DNA from: Parcubacteria group bacterium Licking1014_17
Lineage (GTDB): Bacteria > Patescibacteriota > Minisyncoccia > 2-02-FULL-40-12 > IGHO2-01-FULL-4-A
Assembly: GCA_007376485.1 (NCBI GenBank)
Contig: VMGJ01000001.1
Coordinates: forward strand, 113,922-177,921
DNA length: 64,000 bases
Reading direction: 5' to 3'
This document shows, one piece after another, positions 37,346 to 47,553 of the stretch. Positions within the stretch are counted from its first letter, which is position 1. Each line of letters begins with the position of its first letter. Under the pieces are notes generated by a model. That model was not told the DNA's origin. It searched no databases and worked only from the letters and a program-made list of their open reading frames with translations. A program made the translations under genes and the position numbers.

Positions 37346-38293
37346 ATGGTTCGGAATCGCAAAATTATCTTTTTCGGGACGCCGGAGTTCGCGTTGCCAG
37401 CGTTGAAAAAGCTCCGCGAATCAGGATACAAGATTTTGGCGGTAATAACAGCACCGGATAAGCCGGTTGGGAGAGAAAAAACAATAACGCCGCCACCCGT
37501 GAAAATAACGGCTCAAGAGCTGGGGTTGAAAATACTCCAGCCGCCGAAATTAAGGGGCAACAGCCAGTTTTGGGATGAATTGAAATCGCTCGGCGATATT
37601 GGTTTGGGCGTTGTCGCCGCTTATGGGAAAATCATACCGGAAGAAATTTTGGAGTTGCCCAAATTCGGTTTGCTTAATATTCATCCTTCATTACTGCCAA
37701 AATACAGAGGCGCATCCCCTATTCAAGCCGTCTTATCGAATGGCGAAACGGAAACCGGCGTAACTATAATGAAATTGGATAAAGAGATGGATCACGGGCC
37801 GATTTTGGCGCAGAAAAAAGTGGAAATAAAACCGAATGAAAAATATCCGGAATTAAGCGAACGGCTGTCTGAAATCGGCTCGGATATGCTTATAGACATA
37901 CTGCCGGACTATTTTGCCGGAAAAATCAAGCCCGCCGAACAAAATCATTCTTCTGCCACCCTTACCAAAATAATTAAAAAAGAAGACGGAAAAGCCGATT
38001 GGAGTTTGGGCGCGAACTGGCTTTATAATACCTACCGCGCATTTTATCCGTGGCCGGGATTGTGGACGGAATGGGAAGGAAAAATCCTTAAAATTATTGA
38101 GTGTTCCCCCGACGACGCCGTTATAACCGCGAAGGCGGACACCGGCGCTTTGGCGATTGACGGCGGAAAACTTGGTTTCATTTGCGGCAAAGGGTTTTTA
38201 ATAGTAAAATCATTACAGAGAGCCGGAGAGAAAATACTGTCTGACTCTCAATTTATTCAGGGCTACGGCAAACTGATAAAAAAGATTCCATAG
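37346..38293 (+). CDS. fmt: Methionyl-tRNA formyltransferase (start moved to MVRNRKIIFFGTPEFA)
   Basis: IIFFGTPEFA..., the HPSLLPKYRG motif, and a C-terminal domain. Confidence 0.8.
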   Translation: MVRNRKIIFFGTPEFALPALKKLRESGYKILAVITAPDKPVGREKTITPPPVKITAQELGLKILQPPKLRGNSQFWDELKSLGDIGLGVVAAYGKIIPEEILELPKFGLLNIHPSLLPKYRGASPIQAVLSNGETETGVTIMKLDKEMDHGPILAQKKVEIKPNEKYPELSERLSEIGSDMLIDILPDYFAGKIKPAEQNHSSATLTKIIKKEDGKADWSLGANWLYNTYRAFYPWPGLWTEWEGKILKIIECSPDDAVITAKADTGALAIDGGKLGFICGKGFLIVKSLQRAGEKILSDSQFIQGYGKLIKKIP

Positions 38294-38296
38294 ATT

Positions 38297-39022
38297 ATGG
38301 ACGGGCAAATACTAAAAGTAGAAAATCTTGAAGTTACGCTGAACGAGCAGAAAATTCTTGAGAACGTGAATTTTGATGTTCACCGCGGCGAGGTTCTGGC
38401 TATTGTCGGACCCAACGGCGCCGGCAAAACAACTTTATTCAAAGCGCTTCTCGGGCTTGTCCCCCATTCCGGTTTAATCAAATGGATGGACGGAATCAAA
38501 ATCGGCTACGTGCCCCAAAAGCTTTACATAGAGCACGGCATACCTCTGACCGTAAAAGAATTTTTATCCCTCAAAACAAATTCGTTTGAAGAAATCAAAA
38601 ACGTTTTAAACGCTGTGGGTATAGTATATGACGAGACCCATGAACACCACGTCGAACAGCATATACTGAACCGCCCGATGGAGCTTATTTCCAGCGGCGA
38701 ATCCCAGCGAGTGCTTATCGCGTGGGCGCTCATCGGCAATCCCGATGTCCTGCTTTTTGACGAACCGACGGCGGGCATTGATATCGGCGGAAAGCAAACC
38801 ATTTACCACCTGATACACAATCTGCAGGAAACTAAAAAATTGACCGTGATTCTGATTTCGCACGATTTGAATGTCGTTTACCAGTACGCCAACGAAGTCG
38901 TCTGCCTGAACAGAAAGCAAATCTGCATCGGCACGCCCAAGGAAACGCTTGACCATGAACATATCCAGATGCTTTACGGGGGGAAAACGTCATTTTACCA
39001 GCACGTCCATAAAGAACATTGA
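38297..39022 (+). CDS. Metal (Zn/Mn-type) ABC transporter ATP-binding protein
   Basis: GPNGAGKTT Walker A, LSSGESQRV signature and LLFDEPTAGID Walker B. A His-rich C-terminus is typical of the ZnuC/MntB class. Confidence 0.75.
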   Translation: MDGQILKVENLEVTLNEQKILENVNFDVHRGEVLAIVGPNGAGKTTLFKALLGLVPHSGLIKWMDGIKIGYVPQKLYIEHGIPLTVKEFLSLKTNSFEEIKNVLNAVGIVYDETHEHHVEQHILNRPMELISSGESQRVLIAWALIGNPDVLLFDEPTAGIDIGGKQTIYHLIHNLQETKKLTVILISHDLNVVYQYANEVVCLNRKQICIGTPKETLDHEHIQMLYGGKTSFYQHVHKEH

Positions 39023-39801
39023 TTATGGGAATAATTTTTGACCTAAATTTGATAAATCTTCTGACGGCTCTGGCTGTCGGCTTGGCGGCGGGCTATTTGG
39101 GCGCGTTCATGGTTATGCGCCGGATGGCGCTTGTCGGGGACGCCCTGTCGCACGTGGCTTTGCCCGGAGTGGCTATCGCCTATCTTTATAATTTCAATCC
39201 ATTTCTCGGCGCTTTTGCCGCTTTGTTCGCCGGCGTGATAATAATCTGGGCGATTGAACATTACACTTCACTTTCCACCGAATCCCTCGTCGGTTTGATA
39301 TTTACTTTCGCTCTGGCAATCGGACTGATAATCACGCCACAGGAACAGATTTTGGACGCGCTGATGGGAGACATTTCAAGGCTCACGACCGCCAATGGCA
39401 TTTTCGCGATTGTGGCGTCTCTGGCGGTCATTCTGGTTATGAAAACGATGTCAAAGAAATTCATCATCAGCAGTATTTCAGGCGAACTGGCGACGACTTC
39501 GGGAATAAGCACGCGGGCAATTCAGTTTGTTTTTATGATTTTGGTGGCGGTGGTGGTGGCGCTCGGCATTAAGGTTGTCGGCACATTGCTTATGGGCGCG
39601 CTGGTTGTAATTCCGGCCATCGCGGCTAAAAACGTCAGCAAGAAAATGAGTTCCTATACGGGATTAAGCGCGTTATTCGGAACCGTGAGTATGGTTTCGG
39701 GTATGATTCTCGCTGACGCCACCGGTTTTCTGCCCGGGCCGCTGATTGTGCTCGTAAGCGCCTTAATTTTCGCGATTACGTTTATTTTTGTTGAGTATTG
39801 A
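39019..39801 (+). CDS. Metal ABC transporter permease (ABC-3/ZnuB family)
   Basis: An 8-TM protein with the GDALSHVALPGVAIA motif region of ABC-3 permeases. Confidence 0.7.
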   Translation: MIMGIIFDLNLINLLTALAVGLAAGYLGAFMVMRRMALVGDALSHVALPGVAIAYLYNFNPFLGAFAALFAGVIIIWAIEHYTSLSTESLVGLIFTFALAIGLIITPQEQILDALMGDISRLTTANGIFAIVASLAVILVMKTMSKKFIISSISGELATTSGISTRAIQFVFMILVAVVVALGIKVVGTLLMGALVVIPAIAAKNVSKKMSSYTGLSALFGTVSMVSGMILADATGFLPGPLIVLVSALIFAITFIFVEY

Positions 39802-39896
39802 CTCAAGTCGCCAAATTTGCTACCCTTTTAGTGTTGAACCTTAATAACCAGCAGTTCAAAGGTTTATAGAGGGAAGGGATCTAATTGGGGGAATAT

Positions 39897-40088
39897 ATGG
39901 TAAGCGTAGTTGTAAATCACCCAACAACCCCGCGACACTATGTACAGTTGTCCAAGAAAAATGTGGATAACATACTGGCCAATGTCGAATCGGGGAAACG
40001 TCGGGAAGTAATCACCAACCTGAGAGAGATGGCACACAAAAAATTGTTGACACCCGACGCCGTGAAATACATTCAGGAACTACAGTAA
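39897..40088 (+). CDS. Hypothetical small protein (63 aa from the internal ATG)
   Basis: The ORF has a G-rich RBS-like tract upstream. No family recognised. Confidence 0.3.
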   Translation: MVSVVVNHPTTPRHYVQLSKKNVDNILANVESGKRREVITNLREMAHKKLLTPDAVKYIQELQ

Positions 40089-40267
40089 AAACAAACGGAG
40101 TCAGAAACCTCCTCCAATAACAATAAAAGAAATATCTTTTCTTAAACCGATCCCAAACACCCTCCTCGGGGGAAGCTCTGTATCTTTATTTTTAAATTTT
40201 TTTGCTTTGCAAAAGGGGAGGTACAGCCGCTGCATTTCCCCCCTCTCTATAAGCTTTTGAATTTTGC

Positions 40268-40347
40268 CGCCAGAAATTGGCTCCCGATCCCAACCCCTAC
40301 ATTTTGCCTCCTTTGGTTGTGGAATAGCCAATTTCTGGCGTTTTTTT
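40268..40347 (+). promoter_or_regulatory. Long-range hairpin (15-bp stem CGCCAGAAATTGGCT/AGCCAATTTCTGGCG, 43-nt structured loop) followed by T7, 5 nt before the efp ATG
   Basis: A perfect inverted repeat with a T-run. The preceding 150 nt carry alternating C-tracts and G-tracts (CCTCCTCGGGGGAAG, GGGGAGG...CCCCCCTCTC). Confidence 0.45.
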
Positions 40348-40351
40348 AAAA

Positions 40352-40927
40352 ATGATTGGAATGAATGACCTAAAACCCGGTGTCTTTTTTATTTACGAGG
40401 GTGCGCCCTACGTGGTTTTAGAAGCGCATCATCTTAAAATGCAGCAGCGCCGTCCAGTCCAGCAGACCAGGATGCGCAACCTGCTTAACGGCAAAATTAT
40501 TGAGCGCAATTTCCAACAGTCGGATTCGCTTGAAGAAGCTGATATTGAAAAGAAAAAGGTCAAATTTTTGTATAATCACAGGGAGGAATACTGGTTTACC
40601 GAAGAAAATAATTCGTCAGCCAGATTTAAACTGGCAAAAGAAATTTTGGGAGACGCGGTTGCGTTTCTGAAAGCAAATACCGAGGTTGAGGCGATGCTTT
40701 TCAACGGGGAAACAATAAATATAGAACTGCCGGTAAAAATGGATTTCAAAGTCGTTGAAGCTCCGCCCTCAATAAAAGGCAACACCGCCCAAGGCGGGGT
40801 AAAACAGGTAAAACTTGAAACCGGAGCAATTGTGAACGTGCCGCTTTTCGTTGAAACCGGCGACGAAATCAGAATCAACACCCAAACCGGCGAATACGTG
40901 GAAAGAATCTCAAAAACGCAAAACTAA
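40352..40927 (+). CDS. efp: Elongation factor P
   Basis: NDLKPGVFFIYEGAPYVVLEAHHLKMQQRRPVQQTRMRNLLNGK matches EF-P. Confidence 0.85.
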   Translation: MIGMNDLKPGVFFIYEGAPYVVLEAHHLKMQQRRPVQQTRMRNLLNGKIIERNFQQSDSLEEADIEKKKVKFLYNHREEYWFTEENNSSARFKLAKEILGDAVAFLKANTEVEAMLFNGETINIELPVKMDFKVVEAPPSIKGNTAQGGVKQVKLETGAIVNVPLFVETGDEIRINTQTGEYVERISKTQN

Positions 40928-40969
40928 ACGCCCACCGGTTTACAATCCCCCGCTTTGAGCCGGCTTGCC

Positions 40970-41554
40970 TCAACTCGGCGAAGCTGGCGGCGCCGAAAAC
41001 CTTTTTGATTTTACGAAAAGGAGAATTAGTACCGGCAGAAGATACCATACGAATCTTATCGGGTCGCTCGTGAACAGCAGTAAAACCGGACTCGGAAATA
41101 TTTCGACAATTCCTCTCGGAAGATAAGTAAATACGATAGCTGTCAAAAGTCCCAGATATAAAATTACCGCCACAAACGAAAACATCGGCGATATGTCGTA
41201 TGACGTGAGTTTTTTCCTCAAAAAGGAACGATGGAGTATCAAAAAGATAATTATGTATAAAACGCCGAAAGCAATCAGTCTTACGATAAATACCGGCACT
41301 TGCTGGAAATACCGATTAACCCATTCGTAATAAGGAATTGCGGGCTCAATAAGCGCGGCGATATAAAGACACAGTACAGCCAGCATAATTTTCGATTTAG
41401 CCGTGCCTACGGCAATCAGGAATATCACCAGAAACACAAAAGCCAAAATCAGCCACGGATAATAATTCCCCACGAAATCCCGCAAACTGAAATTCGCCAA
41501 CAGCGCCGAGCCCGCATTTCCGATTAATGATAGCAGGGTTTTAATTTTGTCCAT
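40970..41554 (-). CDS. Polytopic membrane protein (CvpA-like)
   Basis: Four or five TM helices with no soluble domain. The family call is from size and topology only. Confidence 0.35.
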   Translation of the reverse strand: MDKIKTLLSLIGNAGSALLANFSLRDFVGNYYPWLILAFVFLVIFLIAVGTAKSKIMLAVLCLYIAALIEPAIPYYEWVNRYFQQVPVFIVRLIAFGVLYIIIFLILHRSFLRKKLTSYDISPMFSFVAVILYLGLLTAIVFTYLPRGIVEIFPSPVLLLFTSDPIRFVWYLLPVLILLFVKSKRFSAPPASPS

Positions 41555-41616
41555 CGGTTTTAATTATAGTATATTGCGCGAAAAAGAGTATGGCGGAATA
41601 CAAACTAAAAAAAGGC

Positions 41617-41768
41617 GGGAATGTGTCTTTGAGCAGTACAGCGAGCCAGCCCCCACCATCACGTTGGTGGGGGGCTGGCGAGGTATAAGTGAGGGCTTCG
41701 CTCGCCTCGCTGGAGCCTACGGCGAAGCGGGCTGGAAAGCCCGAGTATCTGCGAAAAGACATATTCCC
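41617..41768 (+). repeat. Family B structured repeat copy B1 (with an extra internal hairpin)
   Basis: GGGAATGTGTCTTTGAGCAGTACAGCGAGCCAG...GGCGAGGTATAAGTGAGGGCTTCGC[insert]GGGCTGGAAAGCCCGAGTATCTGCGAAAAGACATATTCCC. Confidence 0.6.
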
Positions 41769-41887
41769 CAACAAAAAGGTGGTAAGTTAACGTGATTTGA
41801 CAAAACAAATACAAACTGCTATAAATATGTTAGCTTTTTAACAGAACATTAACGCTTTTTCCACGTCATGTATGGAGGAATAGGAAA

Positions 41888-42808
41888 ATGGAATGGTTAC
41901 TTTCAGTTCTACCGGGCTTTGGGTGGGTTCTGCTTTTCGGAATTTTTCCATTTTTTCTTGCTAACGTTTTCATTGCGGATACAGTCAGTAGGAGAAATGA
42001 CGAATTGTCCAATCGCATCATTTTATTCGGCATGACGAATAAAGATGATGAACTGACTACTGCAACGTTGGTTATTCAATTTTTAGCGGGGATGTGTGGA
42101 ACAATATTGATCGTCTTGGTTTCCTTGGCAAATCTCGTCGGTGATTCAACAATATTTCCCGGATACCCTAATTATGTTGGCTTCCTGATGATAGGGCTAG
42201 GGTTAGCCGCCTATGGCGCCCTTTGGGGATTAATCGGTGTTGGTAGCTTTATCAAATCACTCCTGTCAAAATCCTGGAAATTATTGACTCAAAGGCTGAC
42301 CATAAGAACCCTAAAAAGAATGAAAAAGGCCGAAATGAAAAAAGGGAAACCGCAGGAAATAATAAAGACCTGTCGGGGTCTAATCCAGAAAGCCGAAGAA
42401 TTCTGCCCGGCGGGCTTAGTCGACCAATTCCAGGAATTAACCTCCAAACTAATGGAGGCGCTCAAGCAGAATATAGAAATCAAGGAGATTTTAGAATCGG
42501 GGACTACTGGTCTGGTAGGTGACCATGGCGAATTGCTTCAAAAAGCCGATGCTATTTTTAAGGATGTCAGTTTGGCGGATAGCGAGCTCGGCCGGAAAAT
42601 AATGGAGTTATTGAAGAAAAAAGGTGATCGGGGAGGCCGGGCCGCGGAAGCCAAGCTGAAAATAAAAGCCATAGTGTTAATCTGCGAGGCATTGCCGCAG
42701 ATTATAGCTGATTCCAACGGAGTCCTAAATGGGCTGGAGGAAACCATCATTCCGGCATTAACAGCGAATGCCCCGCCGGGGAAAAAAAGAGAAAAGGAAA
42801 AAGCATAA
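41888..42808 (+). CDS. Hypothetical membrane protein with cytoplasmic helical/coiled-coil domain
   Basis: Four N-terminal TM helices followed by a K/E-rich helical region. Confidence 0.4.
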   Translation: MEWLLSVLPGFGWVLLFGIFPFFLANVFIADTVSRRNDELSNRIILFGMTNKDDELTTATLVIQFLAGMCGTILIVLVSLANLVGDSTIFPGYPNYVGFLMIGLGLAAYGALWGLIGVGSFIKSLLSKSWKLLTQRLTIRTLKRMKKAEMKKGKPQEIIKTCRGLIQKAEEFCPAGLVDQFQELTSKLMEALKQNIEIKEILESGTTGLVGDHGELLQKADAIFKDVSLADSELGRKIMELLKKKGDRGGRAAEAKLKIKAIVLICEALPQIIADSNGVLNGLEETIIPALTANAPPGKKREKEKA

Positions 42809-42824
42809 AAAAGAAGAAGTCCGA

Positions 42825-42853
42825 CCCGCCTAGTTGCTTAGGCGGGGTTTTCA
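42825..42853 (+). terminator. Rho-independent terminator (CCCGCCTA-gttgc-TAGGCGGG then GTTTTCATTT)
   Basis: An 8-bp GC stem followed by a T-run, right after the 41888-42808 stop. Confidence 0.6.
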
Positions 42854-42870
42854 TTTGAAGATGAACTAAT

Positions 42871-42976
42871 GTCTTTTAGCACCGTTGAAAGAGCGGATTG
42901 CACGGTCCGCCTTGGGCGGAATCCGCTCTTTCACGGAACGAGTCCTGTCGCTGGCGGGACGAGTGGTGATAAAAGG
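42871..42976 (+). repeat. Family D structured repeat copy D2 (106 bp)
   Basis: See D1. The hairpin GAAAGAGCGGATTGC...GGAATCCGCTCTTTC replaces the D1 stem GAAATCGCAAATT/AATTTGCGATTTC with compensatory changes. Confidence 0.55.
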
Positions 42977-43036
42977 CGTTAGCTCATCGCCGGGCTCTAT
43001 TGAAAATTGAGGATTAAGCGGGTATATTATAGGCAT

Positions 43037-43609
43037 ATGCTGAACAAAATTATATTTGTCATAATTGGATTGCTTATGGTCGTGGGTATTTACTATATTT
43101 CCACGAGAAAAGACAGAAATATTTTTGAATCGGGTCCGACGAATACGCCGTATGCGACCAAGACAACCGGCTCAACAATCAGCTTTACGCCTGCCCCAAC
43201 GGGATTGATTTCCGGCACCCCGACGCCCATTTCATCAAAAACCCCAACGCCAACCCAATCCTCCACTCCAACACCGACTTTTCCACGCACACCGACGCCG
43301 ACCTCTACTCCAACTCGCACACCCACACGTACCCCTACACCTACTCCGACACCTCAAACCTATAATGTTTCAATTTATCAAAGAAGATACAACCCAAACC
43401 AGATGACTGTTAATAAAGGCGACAGAATTTATTACAAAAACGACGACACAATAGCCCATTCGGTCACTTCCGACACTGGCGAGTTTGACTCGGGCATTCT
43501 CCAGCCCGGAGACAGATGGACATTAGACACGTCAATTTTAGATCCTAAAGCGTATACTTACTACTCAACGCCGAACCCAAGTACGAGGGGCGGAATACTG
43601 GTCAGATAA
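43037..43609 (+). CDS. Secreted or anchored protein with (Thr-Pro)n linker and C-terminal cupredoxin-like beta-sandwich domain (no obvious Cu ligands)
   Basis: An N-terminal TM helix and a PT-rich linker similar to the LPXTG protein. A roughly 90-aa C-terminal domain (YNVSIYQRRYNPNQMTVNKGDRIYYKNDDTIAHSVTS) follows. Start moved to the ATG at 43037. Confidence 0.4.
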   Translation: MLNKIIFVIIGLLMVVGIYYISTRKDRNIFESGPTNTPYATKTTGSTISFTPAPTGLISGTPTPISSKTPTPTQSSTPTPTFPRTPTPTSTPTRTPTRTPTPTPTPQTYNVSIYQRRYNPNQMTVNKGDRIYYKNDDTIAHSVTSDTGEFDSGILQPGDRWTLDTSILDPKAYTYYSTPNPSTRGGILVR

Positions 43610-43639
43610 AGAAGAATTGTTTTGCCGGCAGGATTTATT

Positions 43640-44722
43640 TTATATTTCGTAAGACAACTCTTCTGCCAGTTTCTTGGCTTTTGAGCTTAATTTTTTCGGA
43701 ATTTGAATTTTTATTTTAACCACCTCGTCCCCTTTTCTGGCGCCGTGAAAACCATAACCTTTCAATCTTATTTCGTCGCCGTCATGTGTACCGGCTGGTA
43801 TTTGTATTTCCCTATCGCCTTCAATGGTCGGCACGGTGACCGGCGCGCTCAGTAACGCGTCAGTAACCTTAATCGTCAGGTTATAAATAATATCGCCGCC
43901 CTTAACGGTAAAACGTCTATCGGATTCAACCGAAAAGCGCAAATATAAATCGCCTTTACCGCCGTTTCTTCCACCCGCGTTTCCCTTCCCTTTTATGACT
44001 ATAGTATCGCCGTCATGAATGCCCGCCGGAATATCGATTCCAATTTTTTCGCGCGCGTTTTTGATACCGCTGCCGCCGCATGACGGGCATTTTTCTTTTG
44101 GTATTTTGCCCTCGCCCTGGCATTTATCGCAAATATAAGCCCTGGAAAAACTGCCTAAAATAGTGCGCGATGTTTTCCTGATTTCGCCTTTGCCGTCGCA
44201 TTCGGAACACTTTACGAAATCGCTACCCTTTTTTACGCCGCTTCCGCCGCACTCGCCGCAGGCGATGTCATGCCGGATTTCAATGTCGGTCGAACCTCCT
44301 CTGGCGGCGGTGTACAAACTAATTCGCATATTGGCATGTATGTCTTCACCTCCATTGGCATACCGGCGTTCAGCCGTTCCCCCGCCGAAAGCGCCGCCAA
44401 ACATGTCAAAAATGTCATTGATATCAAAGTTAAAGTTACCGCCGCCAAAACCCTGCCCAAAATTAAAGCCCTCAAAGCCGCCAAACCCGCCGGCTCCGCC
44501 CGAAGCCGAAGAGCCGTCATAAGCCCCGAACTGGTCAAACTGGCTTTTCTTGGAAGGGTTTGAAAGCACTTGGTATGCCTCATTTATCTCTTTAAATTTT
44601 TTCTCGTCGCCGCCTTGCTTGTCCGGGTGATATTTGTGCGCCAAAGCGCGGTAGGCTTTTTTAATTTCCTCCGCCGTGGCGTTTCTCGAAACTCCCAATA
44701 TTTGGTAGTAATCCTTTGCCAT
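43640..44722 (-). CDS. dnaJ: Molecular chaperone DnaJ
   Basis: J-domain ([32 protein letters not shown]), a G/F region and four CxxCxGxG zinc-finger repeats. Confidence 0.9.
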   Translation of the reverse strand: MAKDYYQILGVSRNATAEEIKKAYRALAHKYHPDKQGGDEKKFKEINEAYQVLSNPSKKSQFDQFGAYDGSSASGGAGGFGGFEGFNFGQGFGGGNFNFDINDIFDMFGGAFGGGTAERRYANGGEDIHANMRISLYTAARGGSTDIEIRHDIACGECGGSGVKKGSDFVKCSECDGKGEIRKTSRTILGSFSRAYICDKCQGEGKIPKEKCPSCGGSGIKNAREKIGIDIPAGIHDGDTIVIKGKGNAGGRNGGKGDLYLRFSVESDRRFTVKGGDIIYNLTIKVTDALLSAPVTVPTIEGDREIQIPAGTHDGDEIRLKGYGFHGARKGDEVVKIKIQIPKKLSSKAKKLAEELSYEI

Positions 44723-44740
44723 CCATTAAACAACTCAGCG

Positions 44741-46639
44741 TTACTTCTTCTCGCCGTGCGGGTCTTGCTCAACTTTCGGCTCCTGCTGGCCGGCTGTCTG
44801 CTGCTGGGTTTTGTATAATATCTCGCCGATTTTCTGGGATGACCGCGAAAGTTCTTCCGTAGCTTTTTTGATATCTTCGACAGAACCGGCATCTTTAATC
44901 TTCTTCAGGTTTTCAATCTTTTCGTTGATATCTTTCTTGGTGTCTTCGGGGATTTTGTCGCCCGCGTCTTTCATCGCTTTTTCGGTCACGTAAATTATCG
45001 ACTCCGCCATATTTTTGGATTCGACTTGCTCTTTCTTTTTGGCGTCTTCGACCGCGAATTTTTCGGCATCCACCGCCATCCGCTTCTTTTCATCATCGCT
45101 AAGGCCGGATGAGCCCTCAATATGGATTGACTGCTGTTTGCCGGTAGCTTTATCTTTGGCGTTGACGTTCAGGATTCCGTTGGCGTCAATATCAAACGAA
45201 ACTTCAATCTGGGGCATGCCACGCGGAGCCGGAGGAATGCCATCAAGGAAAAATTTACCCAAGGTTTTGTTGTCCGGCGACATCGGGCGCTCTCCCTGCA
45301 AAACGTGTATTTCCACGGACGGCTGATTATCCGCTGCCGTTGAAAATGTCTGCGTTTTAGAAGTCGGCACGGTGGTATTTTTTTCTATCATTCTGGTCAT
45401 TACGTTGCCAAGCGTTTCAATGCCCAGAGACAGCGGCGTCACGTCAAGCAATAAAACATCACTGACTTCGTGCTTCATGATTCCACCCTGAATACCGGCA
45501 CCCACGGCAACAACTTCGTCGGGGTTGATATCCTTGTGCGGTTCTTTCCCGAAGAATTTCTTCACCGCCTCAACCATAGCCGGCATTCTCGTCTGTCCGC
45601 CGACAAGCACGACTTCATTTATATCCGAAGTTTTCATTTTAGCTTCCTCAAGCGTCTTTTTGGTCAGTTCGATTGATTTCTCTATGAAATCACGGGTTAA
45701 ATCTTCGAGTTTCGCCCGAGTAAACGTCATTGAAAAATGTTTCGGCCCGCTTGAATCGGCGGTCAGAAACGGAATATTAACCTCCGCTTGGGTCGTGCTC
45801 GAAAGCTCGTGTTTGGCTTTTTCAGCTGCGTCCTTCAAGCGCTGTAATACCATATGGTCTTTACTGACATCTATTCCGCTTTCCTTTCTGAATTCATCAA
45901 CAAAATACTGGATAATTTTCTGGTCAATGTCGTCGCCGCCTAAATGAGTGTCGCCTCCGGTGGCTTTAACCTCAATCGTGTCAGCCGACACTTCAAGAAT
46001 CGAAACGTCGAAAGTTCCGCCGCCGAAGTCATAGACTACTATTTTCTCGTCCTTTTTCTTGTTGAAACCGTAGGCAAGCGCAGCTGCCGTCGGTTCGTTT
46101 ATCACGCGCAGGACTTTTAAACCGGCGACTTCACCGGCGTCTTTTGTCGCCTTCCTCTGCGAATCGTCAAAATAAGCCGGCACCGTAATTATCGCTTCGG
46201 TAATCTTCTCGCCGAGTTTGTCTTCGGCGTCGGTTTTCAACTTTTGTAAGACCATCGCCGAAATTTCCGCCGGCTTGTACCATTTGCCCTGCCCTGAGTT
46301 TATCGAATGGGTCGAAGGGTCGCCCATTTTTATCTCAACGTCGTTATTGCTCCCTTCCCTGATCTCATAGGGCAGCAATTTTTTGTCTTTCTGGACCTCC
46401 GCATCGGAATAACGCCTGCCGATGAGTCTTTTGACCGAATAAATGGTGTCTCTCGGATTTGTCATTGCCTGCCGTTTGGCGGTAATGCCGACATATCTTT
46501 CTCCGCCTTTTCCGATTGCCACCACTGAAGGCGTGGTTCTTGCCCCTTCTTTGTTTTCTATGATTCTCGGCTGGCCGTGTTCAATAATAGCCATCGCCGA
46601 GTTTGTCGTTCCTAAATCGATTCCTAATACTTTTGCCAT
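44741..46639 (-). CDS. dnaK: Molecular chaperone DnaK (Hsp70)
   Basis: [17 protein letters not shown] and other Hsp70 signatures. Confidence 0.9.
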   Translation of the reverse strand: MAKVLGIDLGTTNSAMAIIEHGQPRIIENKEGARTTPSVVAIGKGGERYVGITAKRQAMTNPRDTIYSVKRLIGRRYSDAEVQKDKKLLPYEIREGSNNDVEIKMGDPSTHSINSGQGKWYKPAEISAMVLQKLKTDAEDKLGEKITEAIITVPAYFDDSQRKATKDAGEVAGLKVLRVINEPTAAALAYGFNKKKDEKIVVYDFGGGTFDVSILEVSADTIEVKATGGDTHLGGDDIDQKIIQYFVDEFRKESGIDVSKDHMVLQRLKDAAEKAKHELSSTTQAEVNIPFLTADSSGPKHFSMTFTRAKLEDLTRDFIEKSIELTKKTLEEAKMKTSDINEVVLVGGQTRMPAMVEAVKKFFGKEPHKDINPDEVVAVGAGIQGGIMKHEVSDVLLLDVTPLSLGIETLGNVMTRMIEKNTTVPTSKTQTFSTAADNQPSVEIHVLQGERPMSPDNKTLGKFFLDGIPPAPRGMPQIEVSFDIDANGILNVNAKDKATGKQQSIHIEGSSGLSDDEKKRMAVDAEKFAVEDAKKKEQVESKNMAESIIYVTEKAMKDAGDKIPEDTKKDINEKIENLKKIKDAGSVEDIKKATEELSRSSQKIGEILYKTQQQTAGQQEPKVEQDPHGEKK

Positions 46640-46776
46640 TTTTGTTAGCGAGTAAAGTGAGCTTTACAAAAATGAGCACCTCGCTTCAATTTTGCCAAAA
46701 CTCAACTTCACTTTTTTAAATTTATTAATTATTTTCAAGTGAGCCAATATGTATTGAGGACTGTTCGGGTTGAACT

Positions 46777-46900
46777 GGGAATATATCTTTGAGCAGTACA
46801 GCGAGCCAGTTTTGCTTGGTCCGCCTTGGGTGGAAAACTGGCGAGCTATAAGCGAGGGCTTCGCTGGAAAGCCTGAGCATCTGCGAAAAGACATATTCCC
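46777..46900 (+). repeat. Family B structured repeat copy B2
   Basis: GGGAATATATCTTTGAGCAGTACAGCGAGCCAGTTTTGCTTGGTCCGCCTTGGGTGGAAAACTGGCGAGCTATAAGCGAGGGCTTCGCTGGAAAGCCTGAGCATCTGCGAAAAGACATATTCCC. It lies inside the grpE-dnaK intergenic gap. Confidence 0.6.
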
Positions 46901-47055
46901 AGTTAGTTTCAGTCCCGAAAAACATATTGGCAAGTGACTTTACTTTACATTCACGTTAATTTTCTTCGGTTGTCTTACCTCCGACTTTGGCTTTTTGATT
47001 CTACCATATATTTTCAACGTACCTGCGGTCCGTTGAAATGTCATATGGCGAATCA

Positions 47056-47553
47056 TTAATTATTAACGAATTTTACTCTTGCGGGCCTGATTACCTTGCC
47101 GTACATCGTGTAGCCAGCCCTTATTTCCTCAACTTTTTTCGCGTTCTCCGGAATATGCCCCTCGGTTATTTCGTGAATATTGGGGTCAAATTCCTGCTTC
47201 GCCGGAACTCTTTCCACTCCGTATTTTTTAAAAATATCCGATACCTGCTTTTTGGTTTTTTCCAAACCCATGAACCAATTTTTACACCCGTCTTTCACGT
47301 TCTCCGGCGCCTCGCGAATCGAAATATCCAAACTGTCCACGATATCCAGCATATCCAGAATCAATCCTTCGTTCGCGAACTTCAGAAAATCCTCCATCCT
47401 TTTTGCCTCTTCTTTCCGGTAATTAATCATATCGGCCCGGGCACGTTTCCAATTATTAAGATATTCTTCGGCTTTCGCCCGCCATTCGTCTTTTATTTCG
47501 CCGTTGCCACCGGTGTTGTCTTTTAAATCTTTTTCGTCTTTTGGATTATCCAT
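47056..47553 (-). CDS. grpE: Nucleotide exchange factor GrpE
   Basis: Coiled-coil N-terminus and a C-terminal GrpE domain (FDPNIHEAI-like FDPNIHEIT). Confidence 0.85.
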   Translation of the reverse strand: MDNPKDEKDLKDNTGGNGEIKDEWRAKAEEYLNNWKRARADMINYRKEEAKRMEDFLKFANEGLILDMLDIVDSLDISIREAPENVKDGCKNWFMGLEKTKKQVSDIFKKYGVERVPAKQEFDPNIHEITEGHIPENAKKVEEIRAGYTMYGKVIRPARVKFVNN

